A DNA stretch of 64,000 bases from Parachlamydiales bacterium (GTDB taxonomy: Bacteria > Chlamydiota > Chlamydiia > Chlamydiales > Rhabdochlamydiaceae), in contig OY970065.1 in the NCBI GenBank assembly GCA_963705295.1, positions 1,568,001 to 1,632,000 on the forward strand, given 5' to 3'. Positions within the stretch are counted from its first letter, which is position 1. Each line of letters begins with the position of its first letter. The position numbers and the translations under genes were made by a program. The notes under the pieces are model-generated. The model was not told the DNA's origin. It searched no databases and worked only from the letters and a program-made list of their open reading frames with translations. Shown here piece by piece: positions 19,815 through 29,625 of the stretch.

Positions 19815-19857
19815 GTCATCGTAGCGATAACCAGTGAACAGTCCCTTCATTAATATC

Positions 19858-19900
19858 AAATTGGCTTTGTCTTCCTGGCGTATATTGTCTCTTTTTTGCC
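19858..19900 (-). repeat. Degenerate half of a palindromic element next to E2
   Basis: Reverse complement GGCAAAAAAGAGACAATATACGCCAGGAAGACAAAGCCAA joins the E5/E6 outer arm to an E1-type GGCAAAGCCA layer. Confidence 0.6.
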
Positions 19901-19905
19901 GCTCG

Positions 19906-20091
19906 TTATTAGCCCGACGGGCAAAAAGGTGACCCAAAGGGTGACAATATGCGTCAGCGAACTCCTGTCAGAGCGAAGCGTTAGCGGTCCGACCGACGAG
20001 GACCCCATCGATAGGTTAGGGCGAGGAGGAGGATCGATCTGGCAGGAGTGCAGCAAGCAGATTGTCACCTGTTTGCCTGTTGGGTTAATAA
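19906..20091 (+). repeat. Nested palindromic element E2
   Basis: TTATTAGCCCGACGGGCAAA...TTTGCCTGTTGGGTTAATAA arms with G-T pairs; core similar to E5/E6. Confidence 0.9.
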
Positions 20092-20121
20092 TCAACCCAT
20101 GAAAACTTTTATGGTTAGGTA

Positions 20122-21006
20122 CTAGTTAATAATGACTTTGTTGCTTTCTTTGAGATTGAAAGAGTTCACGAAGATTTCGTGCTGCTGGTTGCGGGGCGTG
20201 TCGGGGTAGTAAGTGACCATGAGGCGGTAGAGGGTGTTGCCGACGAGGATGAGGCGGCCTTCGATTTCGTTATCCCCTTCTTTCATTTTGAAGTCCATCG
20301 CGGGGTAGCTTTTGTGTTTGACGATTTTTTTATCGATCAGCTTGGTTCCAGGCATGTGATCTAAAACGACATTCATGGCACCTTTGAGAAGGGTGTTCGA
20401 GCTGAAAAGTTTCCATTTTTTTGGAAGATCGATGTAGCTGACGGAGAAAGTGGCTTCTTTTTCGGCTTTATATTCATTGAGATTGAGGGGTTCGCCATTG
20501 GGGGCTTCGTAGGTCTTGGAGACAGCTTCTGGTTTTTTGGGAAACTGAACGGTGAACTTGCCATTATCAGAGAGGTATTCAATCCACCCCTTGCCGGCGA
20601 CCGATTGTTCATAGTGGATGGCGACGTCGGTGATGTCTTTTCCAAGGAAGAGGGCACTGCCGGCAGTCGAGGCGATCATGAGGGCTATCAGGTACCTCCA
20701 ATGAGAGATCTTTTGGGAAACGAGGGTGCCAGCCCTTTTTCCTAAAAAGAATGCCCTTTTGAACGACTCTTTCCAAGTGAGGGAGGGAATCGAGATTCCA
20801 AAAAGTTTTTTACCAGGTGTGGTCCCTTTCCATTTGAGTAGGATGGCTTCGATCGGCGCCCAAACGAATGGAACGGCAAGGGCAAAGAGGAAATAGAACG
20901 TTTCGGGTATTTCGAAGGGTAACAAGAGAGATATAAAGACCGAGCAGAAATAAAACAGCCCGTAATCCATTAAACGAGCTAAAAATCTTCTTAAAAATAA
21001 AAACAT
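20122..21006 (-). CDS. RDD-family membrane protein with C-terminal soluble domain
   Basis: RRFLARLMDY and GTTPGKKLFGI motifs; C-terminal FTVQFPKKP domain; start approximate. Confidence 0.8.
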   Translation of the reverse strand: MFLFLRRFLARLMDYGLFYFCSVFISLLLPFEIPETFYFLFALAVPFVWAPIEAILLKWKGTTPGKKLFGISIPSLTWKESFKRAFFLGKRAGTLVSQKISHWRYLIALMIASTAGSALFLGKDITDVAIHYEQSVAGKGWIEYLSDNGKFTVQFPKKPEAVSKTYEAPNGEPLNLNEYKAEKEATFSVSYIDLPKKWKLFSSNTLLKGAMNVVLDHMPGTKLIDKKIVKHKSYPAMDFKMKEGDNEIEGRLILVGNTLYRLMVTYYPDTPRNQQHEIFVNSFNLKESNKVIIN

Positions 21007-21141
21007 ATTAACCATCATTCTAATCGGTTTTAGAGTTTTTTTCCAGCGAAACATCTGTAAAGTTAAAATTTTAATTTACATCCTTGCAGGAGAATAACCT
21101 GTTCAGGCAGAATGAGTCAAATTTTTTGGGTGAGTTATACT

Positions 21142-23028
21142 ATGCGAAGATCGATCTGTGTTTGTGAGCCCATGGCATGTTTTGCCGGGGAAATGGGGAC
21201 ATTCCGCTTTGTCTATACCCCTGCGGTCAACCTACCCAAAGGGGCCAAGCTGAGGTTCGATCTAGCGACGCGCGGCCGTCCCATCGATTGGGAACTTCCC
21301 CAAACCAATGTCAAAATAAAGAAGAACCTGATTTGGGCGCAAATGCCTGACAATAAGGGCCTTATGGCGAAGGCGATCGAGAAAGCCGATTCATGGGAAA
21401 CGGTTTATGAGTTTACATTGCAGCAAGAAATCAAGGCTGGCGACAATTTCATCATTTACATGGGATCACCCCTAAAAGGGAGAGAAAATGGGAGCCGGTG
21501 TCAGCTGAATGTGCAGCGGAGACGTCCTTTCAATCTATTCATCGACCCGCGCGGCAAAGGAGATTTCAAGGAGCAAGAGGTGTTCCACATCGATGTCCGT
21601 GGCAACATGCTCGAAAATATTCGGATCATTGCTCCGTCTCTCGTTGCCAAAAACAAACGGTTCGATGTGCTGGTCCGGTTCGAAGACAAATACGGCAACC
21701 TCACGAATTACGCTCCGGAAGGAAGCTTGATCGAGCTGAGCTATGAAAATCAGCGGGAAAATCTCAACTGGAAGCTGTTCATTCCTGAGACCGGTTTTAT
21801 CAACCTGCCTAATCTTTATTTCAACGAAGCCGGAGTTTATAAGATTCAACTCCTCAACTTAAAGACCGGCGATAAATATTATTCTTCTCCGATCAAATGT
21901 CTCCCTGAATCGAGCACGATTATCTGCTGGGGAGTGTTTCATGGAGAATCGGAAAAGAACGACTCGGTGGAAAATATCGAAGCGTGTTTGAGAGAGTTTC
22001 GGGATGAAAAAGCGCTCCAGTTTTATTCGACATCTCCGTTTGAAGAAGAAACGTCTCCTGAGGCGTGGAAACAGATCAACCTCCAAGTTGCTGAATTTAG
22101 TGAAGAGCAGCGGTTTTGCGCCTTTCTTGGGTTTCAATACCCTTCCGATGAGGGCTTGAGGCAGATTGTCTATCTCAAAGACAGCAAACCCCTCCATCGA
22201 AAAAAAGAAGCCAAGAGCAATGTTCTTTCAAAAGTCTACAAATCGATGAGTCCAAAAGAGGCGTTTGCGATTCCTTCTTTCACCATGGGAAAAGGGTTCC
22301 AGACCAATTTTTCACACTTTGATCCCGATTTTGAAAAAGTCGTCGAAATCTACAACGCCTGGGGTTCTTCCGAATGTTCAGCGAAAGAGGGAAATCCTCG
22401 TCCAATTAAATCGAGCTCGAAAAAAGGAATCCAAGAAACCGAGACCGGTTCGGTATTAAACGGTTTAAAGAAAAATTGCCGTTTTGGATTTGTCGCGGGC
22501 GGCCTCGATGATCGAGGGATCTATGCCGACTTTTTTGAGCACGGGCAGGAACAATATACCCCCGGTCTCACCGCTGTGTTATCGGCCGATCAAACCAAGG
22601 AAGCCATTGTCCAGGCTATCACTAGACGGTCGTGCTACGCAACAACCGGCGAGAGAATCATTGTTGGCATTAACATTGCTGGAACGTCTATGGGCGGAGA
22701 GTTGAATACCAAGATTAAACCGGGTCTCGTCTTCAACAGGCATATCATTGTGTATGCCGCAGGGACTGCTCCCTTGAAAGAAATTGTTTTGATTCGGAAT
22801 GGAGTCGCCATCAAGAAATTTAATACAAAAGAGTATTTCATCGATTTTACCTATGACGACGCCGAGCATCTTTCCAAATGCGTTCTGGAAGGATCTGAAG
22901 GAAAGCCACACTTTTGTTTCTATTATCTGCGCGTCATGCAGCAAGATGGGCATATGGCGTGGAGCTCTCCCATCTGGATCGATTACCCCGAGCACCAAGA
23001 ATCGTTACCGCCTAAAAAGAAGAAATGA
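21142..23028 (+). CDS. DUF3604-like conserved chlamydial protein (PHP-like fold)
   Basis: VEIYNAWGSSE, FGFVAGGLDD, RSCYATTG and YYLRVMQQDGHMAWSSPIWI motifs. Confidence 0.8.
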   Translation: MRRSICVCEPMACFAGEMGTFRFVYTPAVNLPKGAKLRFDLATRGRPIDWELPQTNVKIKKNLIWAQMPDNKGLMAKAIEKADSWETVYEFTLQQEIKAGDNFIIYMGSPLKGRENGSRCQLNVQRRRPFNLFIDPRGKGDFKEQEVFHIDVRGNMLENIRIIAPSLVAKNKRFDVLVRFEDKYGNLTNYAPEGSLIELSYENQRENLNWKLFIPETGFINLPNLYFNEAGVYKIQLLNLKTGDKYYSSPIKCLPESSTIICWGVFHGESEKNDSVENIEACLREFRDEKALQFYSTSPFEEETSPEAWKQINLQVAEFSEEQRFCAFLGFQYPSDEGLRQIVYLKDSKPLHRKKEAKSNVLSKVYKSMSPKEAFAIPSFTMGKGFQTNFSHFDPDFEKVVEIYNAWGSSECSAKEGNPRPIKSSSKKGIQETETGSVLNGLKKNCRFGFVAGGLDDRGIYADFFEHGQEQYTPGLTAVLSADQTKEAIVQAITRRSCYATTGERIIVGINIAGTSMGGELNTKIKPGLVFNRHIIVYAAGTAPLKEIVLIRNGVAIKKFNTKEYFIDFTYDDAEHLSKCVLEGSEGKPHFCFYYLRVMQQDGHMAWSSPIWIDYPEHQESLPPKKKK

Positions 23029-23052
23029 TAAGGAAAGAGGGATAGGATTTTT

Positions 23053-23146
23053 AACCACCGAGCACACCGAGATCACCGAGGCGGCTTCGCCGCAAAAGAA
23101 TCTCTTCCTCTGCATTTTCTCGGTGATCTCGGTGTGCTCGGTGGTT
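23053..23146. repeat. REP-like palindrome built from 9-mer units
   Basis: Perfect 28-bp inverted repeat (23053-23080 / 23119-23146), each arm three copies of NNCACCGAG; inner GCGGC-TTC-GCCGC hairpin. Confidence 0.9.
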
Positions 23147-23172
23147 TATTTCTTCCTCTTTAAATTAATGAT

Positions 23173-23766
23173 ATGAAGCCGATTATTTTAGGGAGTCAGT
23201 CGCCGCGCCGGAGAGATATTTTAGATTATTTCTCGCTCCCGTTTATTCAGGTGGGATCGAACTTCGATGAAGAATCGGTTCCTTTCGAGGGAGATCCAGG
23301 CCGGCATGCGATGTTGTTGTCGCAGAAAAAAGCCGAGGTCATTGCCGCAAAGTATCCTGAGGATGTGATCTTGACGGCGGATAGCGTGGTGTATTGCGAA
23401 GGAAAATTGTACAACAAACCGGCCGATGAGCGTGAGGCGCGTGACTTTTTACGCCATCTGTGTGGTCGGTGGCAAAGTGTTTTCACCGGTGTGACGGAGA
23501 GAAGAGGAAGGGAGGGTTTTTCTGACGTGGCAGAGACGAGGCTCCTTTTTCACGACTTGACACCGGAGCAGATCAAACAATTCCATCTCCACTGCTACTT
23601 TCTCGACAAGGCGGGCGGATATACCATTGAGAAAAATGGGAATTTAATTGTTTCCAGGTTAGAGGGATGTTATTACAATGTTCTCGGACTGCCGATCAAC
23701 ACTGTCCAGAAATTACTTCTCAAGGTAGGCATTGATCTATGGGATTTTTTCAAAAGCTTTCCCTGA
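23173..23766 (+). CDS. maf: Maf-family nucleoside triphosphate pyrophosphatase
   Basis: ILGSQSPRRRDIL, ADSVV, KPAD, DKAGGY and YNVLGLP motifs. Confidence 0.95.
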   Translation: MKPIILGSQSPRRRDILDYFSLPFIQVGSNFDEESVPFEGDPGRHAMLLSQKKAEVIAAKYPEDVILTADSVVYCEGKLYNKPADEREARDFLRHLCGRWQSVFTGVTERRGREGFSDVAETRLLFHDLTPEQIKQFHLHCYFLDKAGGYTIEKNGNLIVSRLEGCYYNVLGLPINTVQKLLLKVGIDLWDFFKSFP

Positions 23767-25406
23767 TTATTTTGCTGGTCTCTACTCTTTTTTCTCTCGA
23801 TCGAGATCATGTCGCCTATCTGATCCATGCGCAAGACATCGAATCCTCGATCAACCTCTATGAAACCTATAAAAAAGAGCTTGGACACCACGATTTCGAG
23901 ATTTTGATCCAGCTGGCGACCCATATTCTGCAAGAAGGGATTCGGAGTCCCGACCTCACCATTCAGCTCTCCAGCCTGTATGGAACGGCCCTTGCCACCC
24001 TTTCATCCTCTTTTGACATTCTCGAGGAAGGGATCAAAAGTCAAAATTTTGAGACTCAGATGGCGGCGATTCAACTCCTTGCCCATCTCCAAGATGATCG
24101 GGGCGATGAACTCCTCACCAAGGCGATGGCCTCCCCTTTTCTCATGGCCCGGATCGAAGCCGGTTTCCATCTCGCTGAGCGAAAACATCGGAAAGCGACG
24201 GGACACATCGAAGCCCTCATGTACAAACTCCCCGAGGAGCTCTGGTTTTATTTTCCACAATTTTTTGCACTGATTGGAACCCAAGATTCGATGGAGATGT
24301 TGAAAAAATTGATGGAAGATCCGTTTTCAGTGACCCGTGTCGAAGCCATTCTCTGCGCGGCTCGGTTTGGAAGGGACGACCTTTTGCCCAAAATTCGTGC
24401 CCATGCCACCCATCTCCACCATGCAGAACAAGAAGCCGCTGCAACAGCACTGGGGCTGCTCAAAGATTCGAAATCGATCCCCCAACTTAAAACTTTAACC
24501 CAATCGACCTCCATCCCCGTAAAACTCGCAGCATATCGATCCCTTTATCTCCTCGGCGATACTCAGGCTCTTTTTCCGATCTTTGAACTGGCCAAACAAG
24601 CCGACATCTTTGCTATTTCCCTTTTAGGCGAACTCCCCGGAGGAGAAGACGTTTTAGCCTCTCTCTTGAAACATCCGAGTATCCACGTCCGGTTTAATGC
24701 AGCGTTCTCTCTCTTGCAGCGTCGGGACAGCCGCGCCGCATCTGCTATCGAAGAATTTCTTCTGCTCGACACCAAAGACCTCGGATATCAACCCCATTTT
24801 TCGATTGGACATTCGATCACCGCATGGAAAGTGGTTCCTTCCCTCCAACAAAACATGAAAAATGTCCACTTTGATTTGGAAGCCGTTTCACTGCAACTCC
24901 GTGAACAAATGTTGGCTGGATGCTTAGAACTTCCTGAAAAAGAATTTCTTTCGGTCACCGAAAAGGTTTTTCAGCACCACGAACTCGATCTTATCCCCCT
25001 TGTCGTCCAACTGCTGGAAAATCACAAAACTGAAGAAAGCCTCAAACTCCTCAAAAAACACGCCGACCATGCCGGCGTCCCCCTCATCCGGATGTATTGC
25101 ACACTCGCCCTCTTCCGTCTCAAACAAGACGGACCGTACGAAGCGAGACTCCGTTCATGGATCTCTCACGTACAAACCCATGAGATGGTTCGTTTCCGGA
25201 CCTCTCTCCCCTGGCATCTTCGAAAAAAGAACTCGACCCATGAGCTCAACCCCGAAGAAAGCACCCGCCTCCTCCTAGAATCGTACCAAGCCCTTTCAGA
25301 CCGACATGATGAAAAAGGAATCGAAATTCTCCTCCGTGGAATCAAAGAAGGGAATATCAAGAATCGGTATGCTTTAGCTGGTCTTTTGATCCACACGTTG
25401 CAGTGA
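23739..25406 (+). CDS. HEAT-repeat protein with signal peptide
   Basis: Repeated R.EA..ALG pattern; N-terminal hydrophobic signal; follows maf as in other chlamydiae. Confidence 0.85.
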   Translation: MGFFQKLSLIILLVSTLFSLDRDHVAYLIHAQDIESSINLYETYKKELGHHDFEILIQLATHILQEGIRSPDLTIQLSSLYGTALATLSSSFDILEEGIKSQNFETQMAAIQLLAHLQDDRGDELLTKAMASPFLMARIEAGFHLAERKHRKATGHIEALMYKLPEELWFYFPQFFALIGTQDSMEMLKKLMEDPFSVTRVEAILCAARFGRDDLLPKIRAHATHLHHAEQEAAATALGLLKDSKSIPQLKTLTQSTSIPVKLAAYRSLYLLGDTQALFPIFELAKQADIFAISLLGELPGGEDVLASLLKHPSIHVRFNAAFSLLQRRDSRAASAIEEFLLLDTKDLGYQPHFSIGHSITAWKVVPSLQQNMKNVHFDLEAVSLQLREQMLAGCLELPEKEFLSVTEKVFQHHELDLIPLVVQLLENHKTEESLKLLKKHADHAGVPLIRMYCTLALFRLKQDGPYEARLRSWISHVQTHEMVRFRTSLPWHLRKKNSTHELNPEESTRLLLESYQALSDRHDEKGIEILLRGIKEGNIKNRYALAGLLIHTLQ

Positions 25407-26825
25407 TTCTAAAAGCTTGACGATTTCAGTATAATGCCCTGCTTTAGCGGCTAGAAGAGCTTCCGTTCTAATGCCTTCATGGAATGCATCAGGGCCAAGA
25501 AGGGGAAGAAGCAATTTAACACATTCTAAATGCCCACCAGCAGCTGCGGCAACAATAGAAGAAGCTAAGGGAAAAGTATGAGTAGCTTTGCTCAGAAAAA
25601 ATCGGAGCGCCTCCAGGTGCCCATTTCTTGCTGCTTGATCGAAAGCCTTATGAAACATTTGCACTGTATGAGAGTCTTTCAATAAAAGTGGAAGGAGATG
25701 AGCGTGTCCACATTCTGCTGCAAGAATTAATAATAGATCAACTTCCATTTCATTCATTTGAGGAAGTAATTTTTGCACGATGGGTAAGTGACCATTTTTC
25801 ACTGCATGCCTCATAGCCCTTGTGACAATACTATTATTGGGATGAGGGCAGTAGCGCAGCAAGAGCAAAAGATCGGAAATATCTCCTCTTGAAGCAACAA
25901 CAGAGAGAGCTTCTCCAAAATAATACTCCTCAAAAGGTTCTTTTTTTCCCTCTTCCAAAAGAATCTCAAAAATACGGCCTCCTTTTGTAGAAGCAAAAAT
26001 AAGTGCGTGTCCTCGGAAAAAGTGAGAAATATCTCGAGAAAGCAACTCCCTAGTTTTATCAAGGTCATTTGTTGTAATTGCACCGATGAGTGCCAATCCA
26101 CGATCAACCCCTTCTGATCTTTTCCGAAATAAACTCTCAAAAGTAGCCAGATCACCATTTGCAGCAGCAACTCTTGCAACCACCTGATAAGCCTCACCCA
26201 CAGATCCAAGGCTAAGAATGAAACCAATGACAGGCGGCGAGTTTGCCTCAACAATTGCTCTACTTCTCAAACTGATTGAAAGAGGCTCCAATGAATTCAA
26301 CCACTGAAGTGTAGGAAGATTTCCCGCTTTAGAGGCTTCTTTTGCACATCTTTCTCTAAAATCATCCTTCATTATGACATCTTTGAGAAGAATGCGCATC
26401 GTCCTTAAGTACCCTTTTTTCGCGGCCTCAAGCGCAATAGTTTCGTGTGAACGGAAATCACGCATAACCACCATAACTGCATGGAATCGTGATATGATCG
26501 ATGCCTTAGATAAGGCTTGCCTAAAAATTCTAACCAGGGTTGTCGACTGGGGATCCTCTGTTCGCCTCTTTGTCATTGTATGGATGCATTCTACCGTCTC
26601 TTGGAAGAAATTTCTGATAGCGGCTTTGGGGGTCTCTTCTATTTGGATTTCTACACTTCCTTTCACCTTTTTCCAATATTCTCTCCAATATTGGGACTCG
26701 GGATTCAAAGTGGCATTGTAAAAAGCTCGACAGCAAAATCCCATAGCTCTTAGTGAGTTTATATCGGGGACTAAAGCTCCGATTCTTTGGACCAGTTCTC
26801 TTGGAAGGGTTGTAATTAATGACAT
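25374..26825 (-). CDS. F-box-like plus ankyrin-repeat protein
   Basis: LPRELVQRIG...CCRAFY N-terminus; AVKNGHLPIV and AAAGGHLECVKLLL ankyrin motifs. Confidence 0.88.
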   Translation of the reverse strand: MSLITTLPRELVQRIGALVPDINSLRAMGFCCRAFYNATLNPESQYWREYWKKVKGSVEIQIEETPKAAIRNFFQETVECIHTMTKRRTEDPQSTTLVRIFRQALSKASIISRFHAVMVVMRDFRSHETIALEAAKKGYLRTMRILLKDVIMKDDFRERCAKEASKAGNLPTLQWLNSLEPLSISLRSRAIVEANSPPVIGFILSLGSVGEAYQVVARVAAANGDLATFESLFRKRSEGVDRGLALIGAITTNDLDKTRELLSRDISHFFRGHALIFASTKGGRIFEILLEEGKKEPFEEYYFGEALSVVASRGDISDLLLLLRYCPHPNNSIVTRAMRHAVKNGHLPIVQKLLPQMNEMEVDLLLILAAECGHAHLLPLLLKDSHTVQMFHKAFDQAARNGHLEALRFFLSKATHTFPLASSIVAAAAGGHLECVKLLLPLLGPDAFHEGIRTEALLAAKAGHYTEIVKLLESLQRVDQKTS

Positions 26826-26838
26826 TTTAATCCTGCCT

Positions 26839-28125
26839 TTACAAATTGTAGATGGGAGCTGAGGCTTTGGAGGTGAGTGAAGTCACCTGCAGCTCTTTGT
26901 CAAACCCAATGGTGTAGTCGATCGTGAATCGGGCGGTTTCCTTTTTATCGGAGGTTTTCATGGCAAGCGGTAGGATCAGCTTGATCGAATAAGTACCATC
27001 GTCGTTAAAGTACCGATAAATCTGCTGCTCACCGGCCGGCAAGGCTGCGAAGAGTTTGTTTAACGTTTCCATATAGGCCGGATCTTTTGCATGATTCAGA
27101 ACATCTTTTTTCAACAATGAGCCTGTATACATTGACGCGGAACACGACCGAATAAACCGCTTCATCTTTTCATTAAAAATCGCCCGTTTCTCGGCCCATG
27201 CAAGACATTCTTCAACAGACCATGTCGAGGCATCCGGCAGTGGCTTTTGTCGAGAGAGGCTGACAAGCTCTACAATACGGCCGGCAATGACTTTTTTGTC
27301 CAACAGAGTTCTCGCATCCAGCCGAAACAACTGCAGGGCATCATCAAAAGTAGCGATGTCCTCAGCCCATGCTTTACATTCTTCATAGGTCCATTCCTTT
27401 GTATCTGGAAGGGAAGTACGATCGCCCGAATATTTTTGAAAGAGAATCCAGATGGTCCTAAAACGGTCAGCAAGATCACCATGGTCAACTTTTGCTAAAA
27501 GCTGATCAGCATCTTTTCGAATGAGCTGAACGACTCTATTTCCCTCAAATATGCACGTTGAACCTCCGGTACGTAGCATCTCGCCAATGGAATCGACAAC
27601 TTTTGTCACATACCCATCGGCAGAAGGTTCCCCCAGCACAAGGCGGCTGATACACATCTTCAGCTCTCTTAGCATCAGCTTCCGCTCTTCGCTCGTGTCG
27701 TTCAATCTTTTAATGATCCCTTCCACCTCGTCCTTTTTCAAAAGGAGATCTACCTCAGTCATAAGACCACGAGATTTTTCCATGACTTGCAATTGCTTTA
27801 GCCGCTCTTCGACAGCAGATAAATAATCTTGACGCTTGGTTTGTTTCGAATCATTTTTGGTAATTTTGACAGTGATGAGCCCGCGACATCTTTCGTAGAA
27901 AGCGGTCATCATTTGTATCTCTTCCAGGGTCTCGTTTCCCCTCAGCACGGGTGGAGGAGAAAGTTTTTTCACCTCATCTTCAACCTTTCGCTCTTTTTCC
28001 TTCGCTTTTGGCGGGTCAAGAGGCTCAGAGAGACGTCGACCTATGGGTGACTGATCAGGGGGACCAAACGACATGCGCCTTTGGAGTTGTTGCGATAAAG
28101 CTTTTACATTTGTTGGAGAAGACAT
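26839..28125 (-). CDS. Hypothetical protein, possible effector
   Basis: Ser/Pro-rich N-terminus; internal repeat LPD..W(T/S).EEC.AWAE. Confidence 0.7.
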   Translation of the reverse strand: MSSPTNVKALSQQLQRRMSFGPPDQSPIGRRLSEPLDPPKAKEKERKVEDEVKKLSPPPVLRGNETLEEIQMMTAFYERCRGLITVKITKNDSKQTKRQDYLSAVEERLKQLQVMEKSRGLMTEVDLLLKKDEVEGIIKRLNDTSEERKLMLRELKMCISRLVLGEPSADGYVTKVVDSIGEMLRTGGSTCIFEGNRVVQLIRKDADQLLAKVDHGDLADRFRTIWILFQKYSGDRTSLPDTKEWTYEECKAWAEDIATFDDALQLFRLDARTLLDKKVIAGRIVELVSLSRQKPLPDASTWSVEECLAWAEKRAIFNEKMKRFIRSCSASMYTGSLLKKDVLNHAKDPAYMETLNKLFAALPAGEQQIYRYFNDDGTYSIKLILPLAMKTSDKKETARFTIDYTIGFDKELQVTSLTSKASAPIYNL

Positions 28126-28142
28126 AATTTACCTATGATTTA

Positions 28143-29561
28143 TTAGTTTAAAAGTTCGATGATTTCCTGATAATGCCCTGCTCTAGCGGCATCTAGAGCA
28201 GCTTGCCGTATTCTTTGGTGAATTTCGCCAGGGCCAAGAAGGGGGAGAAGCAATTTAACACATTCTAAATGCCCACCAGCAGCTGCAGCTTCAATATCAC
28301 ATGCAATCTGACACATATTGTGATTAGAAGCTTTGTCAAGAAGAAATCGGAGTACCTCGAGATGGCCATTTTTTGCTGCTCTAGTAATACCATGATGAAA
28401 GAAAGGCCCATTAGAGCGTGTGAATAAAAGTGGCAAGAGATGAGCATGTCCATGTTCTGCTGCCGAAGTTAATAAATGATCTAACATCATATTCTTTATT
28501 CGAAGAAGTATCTCCTGCGCGATCGGTAAGTGACCATTTTTCACCGCATCCCATATAGCCATCTCCATTTCGATTCCGTCATAAAATTCGCTCGGATGCC
28601 TATCTAACAAAAGCCGAAAGTCGGAAATATTTCCTCTTCTAGCAACAACAGACAATGCAATTCCATAGTAATACAGTTCAAAAGGTTTTTCCAAAAGAAT
28701 CTCTAAAATACGGCTTCCCACTTTAGAAGCAAAAATAAGAGCATATCCTTGGAAAAAGGGGGGAATACCTCCAGAAAGTAATTCCCTGGTTTTTTCAATA
28801 TCATTTGTTGAAACTGCAGCTATCAATTCCAACCCACGATGGATCGCATCGGGTCTTTTTTTCCGAAACAAACTCTGAAAGGTGGTTAGATCACCGTTCT
28901 CTGCAGCAAAACGTGCAACTTCCTTACGATCTTTAGGGGCCATAGGTTTAATGCTACGAATAAAGTCAACAACCGCCGAAGACCGTGCTTGACCTAATGC
29001 ACGACTTCTCAATCCGGATGAAAGTGGCTTTGATGCGTGCATCAACTGAAGTGTAGGAAGATTTCCCACATTAGCAGCTTCTGTTACAAAACTTTCTCTA
29101 AATTCGTCGGTCATTTGGACATCTTTGAGAAGGATACGCATCGTCCTTAAGTACCCTTTTTTCGCAGCCTCAAGCGCAACAGCTTCTCGTGAAATGAAAT
29201 CACAATCGACCTTCATAACTGCGTGGAATTGTGTTATGACCGTCTCTCTAGATAGAGCTTGCCTACACTCTCTCACGGCAGATTTCTCTTCGGTATCTTC
29301 GAATCTTCCCTTTGTTTTACCATGGATGCACTCCAATGTTTCTTGGAAAAACTTTTGGACAGCGGCTTTGGGAGTATCGTCTTCTAATTCGATGACTACA
29401 TCTCCTTTCACCTTTTTCCAATATTCTTTCCAATATTGAGATTCAGGATCCAACGTTGCATTATAAAAAGCTTTGCATGCAAGCCCCATAGCTCTTATAT
29501 CGGAGAGTCTTGCACCAATTCCTTGGAGTATTTCTAATGGCAATCCTGTAATTAATGACAT
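28143..29561 (-). CDS. F-box-like plus ankyrin-repeat protein (paralog of 25374-26825)
   Basis: LPLEILQGIG; shares ALEAAKKGYLRTMRILLKDV and AAAAGGHLECVKLLLPLLGP with the paralog. Confidence 0.88.
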   Translation of the reverse strand: MSLITGLPLEILQGIGARLSDIRAMGLACKAFYNATLDPESQYWKEYWKKVKGDVVIELEDDTPKAAVQKFFQETLECIHGKTKGRFEDTEEKSAVRECRQALSRETVITQFHAVMKVDCDFISREAVALEAAKKGYLRTMRILLKDVQMTDEFRESFVTEAANVGNLPTLQLMHASKPLSSGLRSRALGQARSSAVVDFIRSIKPMAPKDRKEVARFAAENGDLTTFQSLFRKKRPDAIHRGLELIAAVSTNDIEKTRELLSGGIPPFFQGYALIFASKVGSRILEILLEKPFELYYYGIALSVVARRGNISDFRLLLDRHPSEFYDGIEMEMAIWDAVKNGHLPIAQEILLRIKNMMLDHLLTSAAEHGHAHLLPLLFTRSNGPFFHHGITRAAKNGHLEVLRFLLDKASNHNMCQIACDIEAAAAGGHLECVKLLLPLLGPGEIHQRIRQAALDAARAGHYQEIIELLN

Positions 29562-29625
29562 ATTTAGAATGATATTATACTTTATTTTTAAAATAAAATG
29601 TTAATTAATTACAAACATTTAAAAA

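Noticed and set aside
23053..23146. Possible mini-CRISPR
   Set aside because: The 9-bp units have no spacers, are arranged as an inverted repeat, and no cas genes are present.
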